64,000 nt of DNA from Cenococcum geophilum. Taxonomy: Eukaryota. Where the stretch lies: positions 11,842,001-11,906,000 of the forward strand of contig CP158635.1 of NCBI GenBank assembly GCA_050273025.1, in the 5' to 3' direction. Position numbers and translations under genes: made by a program. Below the pieces are notes generated by a model. The model was given only the letters and a program-made list of their open reading frames with translations. It was not told the origin of the DNA and ran no database searches. Below are positions 24,301 to 36,830 of this stretch, one piece after another (position 1 is the first letter of the stretch; each line of letters opens with the position of its first letter).

Positions 24301-27300
24301 GTTTAAAGTAAAGGCTAGATCCCTTATATATTAAATATTAAAGATAATAGATCTATTTATAATGTAAATAAAAGGCTATAGGAGTAAGGCCTAATAGAAC
24401 ACTATAAGTATAGTAACTATATATAAATAAAAGGCAGAGAAAGTCCACCTAGTTAATTTATTAGCACTAAATAGAACGGTTATAGAAGGAATAATAGAGT
24501 GGTAAGAAGTGGCCTTATGTTGGCAAAAGGCGTCTATTTAAGGATTACCCCTTAGTCTATATAATCATTTCCTTAAGCCGCGGTATACTAAGCTAGCCTA
24601 TAGTACACGGCTAAAGCTAAAATAATTAGAGCGTATAATTATAGGGGACCTCTAGCTAAGAAAACAAGAAATCTTTAAGGCTATATTATTTAACTAAGAA
24701 GACGCTCTAGTATAAAAGTTCTCTAAAATAGGTCGTATTAGTAGAGACATAACTCCGCTATTAAAGATTAAGACTATACTATATAAAGTATAGCAAATGA
24801 CGAACTTCCCTATACCAAGGGCCCTATAAGGGGAAGTGATAAATATATTATAAAAACGACTAGCTTAAGGGACTCTAAAATATTGCGAAAGCCTATATAG
24901 GAATCTATAGTTTCTTATAAGCAAAAAGGAACACAAAAAGTACTAGCTAATTAACGCGGCAATAAATATTAACTGAGTAACTATTAGGGACGCAAATCTA
25001 CTACTATATGCTAATAAGTTTTCTAAGGAGTTTGTAGGGTGTAAGGTTATATCTCTAATAGACTTCTTTTTTAGGTATAACTAATTAGAGCTAGATATAG
25101 AAAGTAGGAACCTAATAGCCTTTATAACACCTCTGGGACTTCTATAATAAATAATGGTACCTATAAAAGAAATAAATTCGGTAGCCTAGTTTATAAGAAT
25201 AATTACTAAAATTCTAGAGCGATATATCCTATACTATGCCTTACCATTTCTAGATAATATTATAGTAAAAGGACTATAGATAATGTATAATAGAGAAGAG
25301 AGCCTTTTAGGCGTACGCAGATATATTCTAGAATATATTATATAGCTAAACGGAGTACTTATAGATTTAGAACGAGCTAAGAGTATAATCTTAGGCGTAA
25401 AGTCTCATTTCTACAAGGACAAGATTGTAGTAGTTAGTTACCACTATAATAAAAAGGGGCGATATTCGGAAGAGTTGAAAGTTATAAAAATTATTTACTA
25501 GAGAGACTGTAAAGATATTACGTCTACCTAAGTATTCCTAGAAGTTGTTATATATTACTAAATATGGGTAAAAGACTTCGTAATAAAGGCAGAGCTAATC
25601 TTCCAACTGCTATAAGTAAATATTCCATTTGTATAGGGTATAGAGCAGATAACTACTATAAAGACTTTAAAGTATGCAATTACTACTATACCCGCATTAG
25701 TTTAACTGGATTATAGTAAGGGGGCTAGGCTAATTATTCTTGCCGTTAACGGATATAAGAATAGGTAGGGATGCGGTCTTATACAACTGGACATATAAGG
25801 TTATTACTACCTATATTAATATAAGAGCGGCATCTAGTCTTAAGCGGAGCAGAAGCATAATTTAGGAAAGCTTAAATATCGGGCATTACTATATATATTA
25901 AAGAAGTGTTAAGTATACCTATACAGCGTCCGCTTTACGGTTAAAACGGATATAAATACCTTAGTCGCGCAATTAAATCGTGCTACTACTAATTTACTAG
26001 GAGCCTTAATGACATAATAGCTAGCATAGATTTAGTTATAGGACTTCAATATTAGGTATATTCTAGAAAAGAAGAATAGCTTAGCTAATAGACTATTATA
26101 ATAACTACTAGATAGCAAACGACCTAATAAGCCGACTAAGAATATTAAAGAGTTTATTAACTGCGAACTAAGTGCTTTAGAATACATAGCTAGCCTAGTT
26201 AAAATAGAGGTAGATTTACTACTAGAAGACTTATATTTAAGGGAGTCTTAAAAGATTATAAAATAGCTAGTAACCTTATAACGTCTAGAAAAAAATAAAT
26301 ACTAAAGAATTTAAAAAGTTTAAATGATATACGCTAAAATTCCTAGTGCGTAATTAATAGCTCTTCCGCTAATAGTTAAAAAATATACTAATGCGAAGGG
26401 TAGTTAATAATAAGGACGCTTAGTAGGAGATTATTAAAAGCCTTTATAATTAAAGCGGACATTATAAATAAGAGGAAACGTATTAAAGGATCTTAAATTA
26501 ATACTAGTAGCTAGGGCTATAGGATTAGATATTATAGTATATTAAGTTATATCTATAATACTAGAAGCAATAGCCGGGATAAAAAGAAGAACTAATATAC
26601 CCTATATAGGAGTCCACCTTATAGCAATAAGTAGTAGTAGACATTACGTTTATACCTTTGAGCTGTCTTAGATTTTAGTACCTAGCTATTACTTAAGAAT
26701 ATATATCTAGATAGGTAGAAGGTTAGGCCCTTTAAAATAAGGATGTAAAAAGTATAGTAAAGCTCCTCTATAAAGATGTTATCTGCTAATAGGGAGCATT
26801 TAAACAGCTCTTTGTAGATAGTAAAGAAGAGAATACTAACGTTACCGCTATACTCGTAAAGCTCTATAATATTAAGAGGGTTATAGCTCCCGCTTACTAC
26901 GCTTAGGCATAAGGCTTTATAAAGCGAGGCTACGAACCTATAATAGACGCTTTAGTAAAGATAGATAGCTTATAGCTAGATAATCTTTATACCATTTTAT
27001 AGGCAAATAGGATAACTATTAAGCAGCCTACGGGAATAACACTAGTAAGAGTTATATGCGGATATAAGTATGTCCTTCCTATTAAACTCTACATACCCAC
27101 TTAGTAGTTGCTGCCTTAGTAAACAGTCTAGACTACTATAAAGCTACTAGCATTTTATATAAAGTAGTTTAACCAAAGAGACGTAAATATAAAAAAGGCT
27201 ATTGCGCGTATAAGATAACTAAGGGTAGCAAATAAGGAGTACTTTAATAACACCCACTATATTCGCTAGGATAGATTTAAGGTTAAAGATATAGTTATAC

Positions 27301-27670
27301 TTTATAATACGTAGCTTAAGTAAGACTATTTTAGTAGTTATAAGTTAGATCTAAAATAGCTAGGCCCGTTCCACGTATGTAAGAGTTACCCTTATAAAGG
27401 ATAGTACTTAATTAAAGATCTTAACGGCATGCTATTCCGTAATTAAACTTTAGGGAATAGATTAAAGAAGTTCTATTAATAATAGATATCTAAGGTCCGC
27501 TAGGAAGACTAGCTTAACCAATTAGGTAAAACTATACTATAAGAAATAACAGTAGAGCTAGAACCTAAGGAAGATGCTATATAAAATCCACTAATATCGC
27601 AACGCCGTATAATTTAAGAAGTGCGTATTTTAGAAAGATTGTTTAATAAAACTAAGTATAAAACATTTAA
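21399..27670 (+). pseudogene. gag-pol of E, RIP-inactivated; ends approximate
   Basis: Gag (P)GTPYFTG ~21665, protease CLI(D)S(G)AELN ~23640, RT PFLD(D)I ~25245, RNase H AV(D)G ~25742, integrase FVD(GG)EEN ~26812. Confidence 0.9.
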
Positions 27671-27872
27671 CTAGGGAACAGTTAAGTTCTAAGGTAGGGG
27701 AGGAGATATAGATAACAACCGTATAATCCATCCGTTTATTTACCGTATTTCCTAAAGCTCTTTCTATTACACTTTCTTATTTGCTTTTTTTAGTTATAGA
27801 AATCTAATGCGTATTAATAGTAAGGTAAGGACAGAAGAATATTTATATATAACTATCTAGTATTATTTACTA

Positions 27873-27998
27873 CAAAGATATTAGTTCCGCTTACTACCTT
27901 TACTAAGCTAATAGCGATATTCTATCCTGGGGATAGAAAATTATAATTAGTCTATTTAACAATTAGAGCTAGTAGAACACTATGCCGCTACCTAAATT
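27873..27998 (+). promoter_or_regulatory. Conserved non-coding hairpin/CCAAT module, copy in Gypsy E; function unknown
   Basis: First 22 nt identical to 52679-52700 and colinear over ~125 bp. Sits ~100 bp upstream of the extra ORF. Confidence 0.55.
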
Positions 27999-28096
27999 AG
28001 GAAACCCTATTTAAAACTTTACCTTTTTGCCCTTAATAAACCTTAAACATAGCCGTAATTAGTTAAAGTTATAAATTAAACAGAATTAACAATAGT

Positions 28097-30951
28097 ATAT
28101 TTATTATATATTTATTTAGTAGACCTCTAGTACTATATAGGGGGGCTAAGTAATAGATTAGTAACATCCTTACAGAAGTTAGAGGCTTCGCAGTTAATTA
28201 GTATTAGGCAGTGCTCCTCTAAATCTATAATAAAATTCTACTCTCTTAAGAAAACTATGTAGATGCTGCTAATATAGTATTTAATTTTATTAACTAGGAT
28301 AATAGGCTATAAGCATCTCTAGGAAGAAACACGTTCTTATTAATCTTTAAGGACATCTCTAACATTAGTAAGATAGTAAAAGATTAAAGAAATTAGTATA
28401 ATAAAGCTAGAAAAACCATCCGAAAGTCCTAGGGATAAGGTATTCTTAACGGTCTACTTAAATACGTAGTCTTCTACTACTTCCTTTCTACCGCCTAAAA
28501 GCTTACCGTTTACTTACTTTATAAAGCAACGGCACAAGTTAATAAGGCCCTAATTAATAGGCTTAAACATCTAGGACGCGACATTAAGAACACTACTTAA
28601 CTATAGCTAACTAATTTCGCGCTCGCGCTAAAGATACTAAAAAGGGTAGTATTAGACCAGGTGGTAAATAAGTATGGCTTAGGAAGACACTTAACTGGCT
28701 TCCTTATTTTAAATAAGGACCTACCGCTAAGAAGTAAAAGACTAACTACCGTAAGACTAGAGGTTATTAATATCGGAATTAAATAAGTAGGAGAGAGCTT
28801 AGCTCTTATACTGCGAATATATTTATAATATACTTCTAACGTAATAAATCCTTTAGCCTTTTAGCCATTAATATTTGTTTAAGGAGGAGGCGTTAGTATT
28901 ATGCTAAGTCCGTCCCAATAAGAATTACCTATATTAGTTAACTTGCCTTTATTATCTATAAATAAAAGCATTCTCGCAGCTAGAACGCCTGTTAGCTCGC
29001 CCCCGCGGCTACTAGTATCTTTATTAATAAGAAATCCAAGAAGAGGGCTAACGATTGCTTACCCAGAAGTAGAAGGGCTAGGAGTAGAATTAATGTTTAA
29101 TAAAAACGTTATTAAGCTAGGAGATAATATAGAGTATATTAGGGAGGCTGTAGATACTATAGCGGTACTCCGTATAAAATGAGGATATAACTATAAGGAT
29201 AATATACCTACTTATCTTAAGGCGTCCCTAAACTAAACTACTAAAATTAAACCAACTAAGGTAATAAAGCTCCTGCGTAGTTGGCATAGGGCGGCTAGTT
29301 TAGATCTAGAGATATATAAGGTCTGCTAGATATATAAATAAGCAATAGGAGGACGTATAGGTTTAGCAATAAAGGGTTTAAACTACGCTGCACTATGTTG
29401 CAAACTCTGCTTAACATATTATACTTATAACCACCTAAACACTATAAAGATAGACCCTACTACGTACTCTTAGTTTAAAAAGGCTTATAAACCTCTAGTT
29501 CCGTCTAATTCCTTAGGACTATATAAGTTTATTTATAACTTAGCGCTACGGGTTTTATATAATAGAGAGGCTTTACTTAATTAGATAATATTACTAAAAG
29601 ACTAAAAAGTATAGCAGCGAGAAGGATCTGTAATTTTAAACGTATTTAAATAGTAGTAGGATTCTAATATCTTGGCGATAATTAATAAGGAAATATGTAT
29701 ATACCGCCACCATTAGCGTCTAATTAATAGGCGGCTAAATTATAGCTAGTTAAAAATAATGGTCTATAGTCTCTACCAACAGCTAATAAGATAAGACCCT
29801 TAATATTATCGTCTCTATTACGCTCTTAGATCTAATAGCTAGTAGTAACTTATTTCCTACCCTTATTATATAAAATTTGCAGTTAAAGGAAACTCTACAG
29901 CTTTCCGCTATATTAACGTTAATATTCCCTCGCTCCTTAAAAGTGGACATAGTGCCGATATAATTTAAGGGGGCGTTTCTCTAAATAATAAGACTAAGGA
30001 TAACTGCATAATTATCCTACTTAGCATATATTACTACCTAGAATTATAGTAAAAGGATCTTAAGGCGTAAGGATTAACTAAGGGCGATGGATTTATTTAT
30101 AAGATCTTTAACTAAGACTAGATTACTAAAGACGTAGAAAAGTATATAACTAATTAGGTAGCTTAGCCATATAAGAAAGGAGATATGCGTATAACTATAC
30201 CTTACCTTCCTTATAGAGCAATAGGACCTTTAACTAGAACCCAGCGAATAATACTACTATAGTTCGTTAGTATTTAGGATAATTATAATAACCTTAAGGT
30301 TACTAAAGGAGGTACTTAGGTAGAGTTAGTAGATACGCACTAAGACTTAAAAGCGCCGCCCTATACGCCGTCTGGATATGCTAATCTCTATAACGCAATT
30401 TTATATCGCTTCTCTATAGTAGTTAAGCTTATAGCTGCCAGCGCTCTATTAACGCCCTTCTCGGTAAATAATAATAGGATTCTCTAGCGGTAATTTAGGA
30501 TTATAACCTTTCTCTTAATGGTAATAGAAATAAAGTTAGGAAATAGATATATTTTTACTATTTTAGGGCCGTTAAGAATTATAAAGATGCGTTTAAGCTA
30601 ATACGTATAACTAAGATAGAACGCTTTAATAGCCGCTCTTACTTCTACTGCATTAATAATAAAATTAATCCTTTAGCTGTTATAGTAGATCTAAGTAGAG
30701 TGCCCCTAGTTATTATAAAAGGATAGAGTTATATAAAGTTACCTAAAGAATTATAGGACAGAACTAAGCAGATAAAAGGGCGCGAAAGAGCTATATTATC
30801 TAAAAGCGGCCAGTCTAAAGTCTCTTATACTACTTAGCCAAGTAGACGAAAACGGTTTTATTTAACTAGAATAGAGTCTCCTTATTTACTATCTTGGGTT
30901 TATAGTAAGGGTAAGGAACGCATACAATTACTTACCACGCCTTTGTTTTAA
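28097..30951 (+). pseudogene. Accessory ORF of E with a C-terminal 2OG-Fe(II) dioxygenase-like (PhyH/DSBH-type) domain; ends approximate
   Basis: One frame from ~28100 to 30450, then a 1-nt frameshift. De-RIP motifs FR(H)I(D)VN 29903-29923, I(Q)GGVSL(DDE), DNC(T)IIL(PGMH), KKGD(V)RIT(M)P(H)LP(HG)A with the distal His at 30212, and R at 30245. Confidence 0.65.
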
Positions 30952-32050
30952 AGATAAGAAGTTTTAGAGTTTTAGAAGTCGTTAGAGGACAACAACTTAC
31001 GTAGAAGAGGTATATAGTAGTGTAATTTAGCCCCTAGATTTAACATCTAGATTAGGCATAGCTTTAGGAGAGCCTAGGCCTTCTATAAGTTATATAGATC
31101 GGTCTAAAGCCTACAGAGTCTTTAATAACTTAGACAGGCTCAAGGGATACAGAATATACTCTTTTCTTCTCTTCTTACTAACTGCTTTCCTACTGATTTC
31201 CACTAACTAACTACGACCGACCGACCGACCTAATAGCACTATAACTTCCTTTCTAAGAGAGACCGCGTACATCACTACAGTATTCCTATTACTGTAGTAG
31301 GAGAAAGACCTACGTTCTAGTATTTTAAATTTTACTAATTATATTAGATCCCCGCTATTTATACGCGTAAGACTTATAAGCTCTATCGCGCTATTTAGGA
31401 TTTCCACCTATATTTAAATAGCGATAGATAGGAATAGAAGGTATCTACCCTTACTTATAGGCTCTTTAATTTAATAAGGGTTTCTACTATTATAGAGACG
31501 TAATAATCTCGGATATATAGTGTCTAAGAGCGTATATATAAGCAGCTTACCCTTATAAATAATAATATTCGCACCCTTACGCGGGCCTTTTTAGCTAGGT
31601 AAGTTTCTCTAGTAATACGTTTAGGAATTATACTAATTTTCTTAGCTAACGGCTTTTAGATCCCTGCTTAGATACTAATTTAGAACCTAGGGATACTAAG
31701 AATAGTAACAAAAGTTAAAATAAACGTTCTCCTCGCTAGTTTCCCGCCCGTGCTAGGTCTTCTAGCTCCCGTTATAGTAAGAAGAATATTAGTAGAAGTG
31801 CTAATACTTTTAGGGATAAAAGTCCTAATAATACCATTAAAGATAACGTTAAGATAGAAGAGGAGGCTCCTATTACTGCTGCTAGTATTTAAGTTATTAT
31901 CTAGTTCTTCCCTTCTTCTTATAAAATAGCTTTATATAGTGCTTCTTAGGTGCCTCTAAGATGCCCTATTATTAGGAATTAACTTTATATTTTAGGGATG
32001 CCTTTATTCTAAGCTTTGGTAGCAATTTATATAAAGGTAGTGCACTACTA

Positions 32051-32306
32051 TCCCTTGCAACGGCAGGGTCCTGCGCGTAGATGGCCCGTGCGCGAACAAC
32101 AGTTTTCAAAACAACGCGTATGTCAATCCACCACTACTATGCCTTTTAATCGTGCCAAAGTTGATGGTGACCTTGTTCGGAAGACTTAATATAAGGTTCC
32201 TCCTAACCATATTGCCAAAAAAGGCCCCCCGAAGCCCTTAGTCCTATTGATCCAATTGGCTAGCCCTTATCGATAACGGTAGGGCCCATTTTGCCGTTGC
32301 AAGGGA
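32051..32306. mobile_element. MITE (256 bp), perfect 15 bp TIRs, TA target duplication
   Basis: ta|tcccttgcaacggca...tgccgttgcaaggga|ta; retains many CpA/TpG. Confidence 0.9.
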
Positions 32307-32338
32307 TAATCCCTATATATAATAAACGGGTAGTGTTC

Positions 32339-35300
32339 TGGCTTATTTTAGTACCGTATAGGTTTAATAAAGTGCTTTAGGGTGCTTATATAATAGCGGC
32401 GCGCAACTTAAAACGCGAATATCTTTATTAACCTATAGTCGATTCTTACCATTCTAGTATAAGTAGAAAGCGCTTAGTAGGCTCTACGCATAGCGCTTAA
32501 CGGGTATTAAGAGCGCGGTATTATAGGTAATTAAAAATCGACTATGGATATAGGGTAATATTTATAGTCGCTAAACGCACGGACCTCCTCGCCCGCGTAA
32601 TTATAACTTAGCTGCTAAATCAGCTATATAAATATACCTATAGATATACTATTAGTATTAACTACCCGGCTAATCGTCGGTTAGCTAAAAAATTACGTGT
32701 TTAGCTAGCTACCTAGGTTAGATTTAAGAATCTCTATAGCGCCACTAGCGCTAAGCTAAGGAGATTCGCGTATCTAGGGCCACCTACTAATTAAGCCGCT
32801 AATTAACCCCAACTATAGGGTAATTAGGGGTATTGGGGCCCTAAGTATATATAAAAAAGTCCTCCCTACCTAATCCTTAATCGCGGCAGTATATCTACTA
32901 TTATACCTACTATATAAAATGGCGCTAACCAACCGCGTAGAGATTAATATTGCTGGTAATGCCAAATTATACGCTAACGCGTAGTATATTCTTGTTCTTA
33001 CGCGTATTATAAGGCCTAAAAATATATCTTTAATATACAATCCAAAGCAGAAGGAGTTTAAGGTAATATCCCCCCTCTCCTAAAAGTATCGCGGCCCGCG
33101 GTTAACGCGTTATCTAGCTTTAGGCCTTCTATAAACGGAAGCAGTACTATAACAGTAATACCATTACGGAGGATAAGCTACTTTTTTTCCTTATTAAGGA
33201 GGTTGCAAGCCGGCCCTTAAAAGGGAAGAGCTGTAAAGCCAATATTAACGTACCCTAAGAGGAGATACGGCTCTCGTAGCGGTTAGTTTATAGCTATATT
33301 ACCACTCTAATAGACCTTTATTAAATATAGAAAGCTATAGAAATAAACAGCCACCTATTTTCGTAAGAGGATAGTATTAGGGAGTACCTAAAGACGCTAC
33401 AGTAGAGGGACGCGCAGCGTAAGAAAGAGCAGTTTGCTAATAAGGGTAGAGATACCCTCCTTAATGGCTATACTAAGGACGAGTTCTAAAGCGTTTACTA
33501 TAAGCTTTAAGCTAGGGGCGCCGCCTTATCCTTAGAGTGCTACTTCCGCACGCTTATTAATATCATACTAGGCCACTATATACTTACCCGCGGCGGTAAT
33601 AAACGCTCTACTAAGATCTTAGATCTATTTACCTTTAAGTTTAAGGGTAAAAGCCCTACACGCTATATGCCCTTAATATTTACTATACGCGTAGGTAAGT
33701 AGAACTAGTATAGCCGCCTTAAAACTATTAAGGCCCTATAGAACAGAAAGCCGCTTATTTATATATTTAGCAGGCTAGCTTTCTATCTCTTATACTACTA
33801 GGATTTTAGTACAGAGCCGTTTCTAGACTTTAGTAGGCGCTTAGTATAGTATAATATACGCCTAATTAAGAGTGGTAGGGACTGTAAGGCGGCCTTTTTA
33901 TATAACTTATAGCGAGATTAGGTCGTAAAGGCCTTCTAGTATATTAGCGTCTTCTTAGAGAAGAAGACGTATATTAGGCGGAGCGCTAACGCTAAGACAG
34001 CGGAGCTAAAGGGGGTTAACGAGGACTAGATTCGGCATGCTAGGAGGTAAAACTAAGAGCAGATAGTAGGCTATTACTTAAACTATCTCCTATAAGAGTT
34101 TATAAGGTTAATAGTAGGGCACCCCTTATAGATAGGCTGCTTTAAAATCCGCCGTACGGGTATTACGCCGCCTAATGTACTGCTATTAACAATATAGCCT
34201 AAACTAGATAAATAGAAGAGCCGTTTTAGCCCGCAGCTATATTAGATTAATAACCTTGCCGCTACAGGGGTTATAAACCTTCTCTTTTACCTCCGTAAGG
34301 TTATTTTATAAAATTTAGTAGCCCTCTATAAGATATTCCTAAGCTATCTAGTATAGAGCTACCCTATTTTTTAGTATAAGGCGTATAAGGCCTTCGCGTA
34401 GGATCTAAAGCCCTACCTATAGGAAGAGGGGAGCCTAAATTAGCTGTTAATTTTCTACTAGGCTATACTACTCCTTATTAACTAACTAAAGGCTTTACGC
34501 GCTAAATATAAGCAGATAGCTAGCAAGGTTAAGGGCTTATTAGATTATCTAGATAAGTCCTAGTAGGCCTAGTCTTTATAGCTTTAATTACTAACGTCTA
34601 GAGGCCTTACATTTTAACTAAAAGCCCCTTTAGCTATAGCTATAGCTACGGCTATAATATAGCCTTAGGGCTGGTCTACTAACCCCCTATATCTACCTAT
34701 AGAAGCGGCCCCTTTAGCTCTATTTATTACGGAATCTAGTAGATATACATCCGCCTAGGTAAGCGCTATAGGCTCTCCTTCTCATATAGCTTCGCCACCG
34801 CTACTACCGCCACCACTACCGCCACTACTACCGCTATAGCCGCTGCTATAGCCGTAGCTAAAGCCTAGGTCTAGGTCTCCACCTATATACTATATAAGCC
34901 GCGTGGTAAACTCTATATAGGCCCTTTAGCGTAAGTAGACTAAAGGGCTAGGAGGCAATCCTTTTATAGTAGCGCTAGATTCTAAATAGGGTAGTAAATA
35001 GCGGGCCGGCCAATAAAAGGAGGTTTAATAGTACTCCCTATAACTTAAGGTTATTAAGGAGATTAAGCGGATTATATAGGTCTAGAAGGTTAACGAGGAA
35101 GCGGCTATATAGTAGGTTAATCTACGGTAGGAGTAAATGCAGTGCTTACTAAATTAGCTTTATAAATAGCTTTAAGCAGGTAAAAAAGCTTTAAAATAGT
35201 TATATATATTATCTATATCTAACTTCTAATAAGATACTAAGAGGTCCTCTATTAAAACCTTTATCTATAGCCCTCTAGTGGCTTATTTTAGTGCCGTATA

Positions 35301-35594
35301 AGTTTAATAGGGTGCTTTAGGGTGCTTATATAATAGTAGCGCGCAACTTAAAACGCGAATATCTTTATTAACCTATGGTTAATTCTTACCATTCTAGTAT
35401 AAATAGAAAGCGCTCAGTAGGCTCTACGCATAGCGCTTAATGGGTATTAAGAGCGCGGTATCGCAGGCGATTAAAAATCGACTGTAAATATAGGGTAATA
35501 TCTATAGTCGCTAAACGCACGGACCTCCTCGCCCGCGTAATTGTGACTTAGCCGCTGAATCAGCCATATAAATGTACCTGTGGATATGCTATTA
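32339..35594 (+). mobile_element. Crypton (tyrosine-recombinase DNA transposon) unit bracketed by 316 bp direct repeats
   Basis: Repeats at 32339-32654 and 35279-35594 (offset 2940, ungapped, differences are transitions) enclose the recombinase gene. No TSD. Confidence 0.85.
32919..35199 (+). pseudogene. CryptonF-type tyrosine recombinase (NDC10-II-like) with C-terminal GCR1_C domain; intron 33063-33123
   Basis: RPKN..YNPKQKEFK, TEDKLL, LGHY(M)LTRGG (R 33589), GK(Q)N(QHG)R, KKT(H)I(G)R (33970-33981), (GRW)N..G(C)YL (Y 34075). GCR1_C-like (M)SRVVNS..L(W)R(EW)T(E)GLGGNP..LDSK(W)GSK(W)R from ~34890. Confidence 0.9.
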
Positions 35595-36830
35595 CTTACT
35601 TTAAGTCAAAAGTATTGCTCTTCCTACGCAGTTAGTGTAAAATAAATTATATTATTTTAGATAATTTAATATAATATAGCGATGGTTCTTTTTTACTTAC
35701 CTACCTATTAACCTACTCACCCACCTACCTACCTACCTACTTACCTATCTACCTACCTACCTATCTACCTACCTACCTACCTATCTGCCTACCTACCTAT
35801 CTATTTATCTATCTGTCTGTTTATACCTACCTATACCTACCTATTTATAACTACTATCTATACCTACCTATCTGTACCTTCTGTCTATACCTACTGTCTA
35901 TATTTACCTATTTATGCCTACCTATTTATAATTTAGGGGAAGGGCCGGCCTAATTAAAGGCTCTGCCTAATTTAATTAATTAATTAATTATTTTAATTTA
36001 AATCGTTCTCTACGGCCGTTTGCTAGCTGTATATTTAAACGGTAGTTATCTAGGGTGCCTCCCTAGGAGGCCTTAATTTGATTTAGTGATAGGCTAATAT
36101 TAAAGCTCTAGCTTAATTCAATTAATCGATTAATTGGGTCGTTCGCGGCGTTCGCTAGCTGGTTATTTAAACGGTAATCGTCTAGTTCTAGTAATAGTCC
36201 TCTACTAGCTGCCGTTCTAGTACCTTTTTAGGTAGGGAGGATGTAAGGAAAGAAGGAAGGGTAAAAAATAAGGTGGCTATATAGGGGTATACTTAGTAGA
36301 GGTATATGTAGAGGCTATTAGGAATATAGTAGGGACCTAATACGGAGCTTCGTGTAGAGCCTCCGTACGTAGAGCTTTGTATAGAGCCTCCATATATAAA
36401 GCTTTGCGTAAAGCCTTATACAGAGCCTTTGTACGTAGAGCTTTATATAAAGCCTTATATAGAGCCTTATATAGAGCTTTATATAAGAGCTTTATATAGA
36501 GCTTTATATAGAGCTTCGTATAGAGCTTTATGCAGAGCTTTATATAGAGCTTCGTATAAAACTTTGTACAGAACTTTATATAGAACTTCGTGCGAAGCTT
36601 CGTGTAGAGCTTTGTATAGAACTTCGTGTAGAACTTTATGCGGAGCTTTGTGTAGAGCTTTGTGTAAAACTTTATATAGAACTTCGTATAGAGCTTTGTG
36701 TAGAGCTTTGTGTAAAACTTTATATAAAACTTCGTGTAGAGTTTTATGTAGAGCTTTGTGTAGAACTTCGTGCAGAACTTTGTGTAGAACTTTATATAGA
36801 GCTTTATATAGAGCTTTATACGGAACTAGC
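35595..36830. repeat. Repeat block (unique linker, CCTA microsatellite, 12-bp minisatellite) homologous to the cargo of the TIR element at 17961-18745
   Basis: agtattrctcttcctacgcagtt...ggtagggaggatgtaaggaa...ggagcttcgtgtagagcc occur in the same order at both loci. Confidence 0.9.

Larger units (their letters stand above)
20659..31279 (+). mobile_element. Full-length Ty3/Gypsy element E (10.6 kb, no chromodomain) with a large extra ORF
   Basis: 267 bp LTRs at 20659-20925 and 31013-31279, 4 bp TSD gtat, empty site in D1. gag-pol motifs present. Confidence 0.95.
17195..32338 (-). mobile_element. LTR element family D copy 2, nested in D1 and fragmented by four internal insertions, then cut at 32338
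   Basis: LTR 17195-17512 and PPT. Internal pieces 17513-17592, 18935-19268, 20278-20658, 31280-32050 and 32307-32338 join up and match D1 as far as ~31817. Confidence 0.85.
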
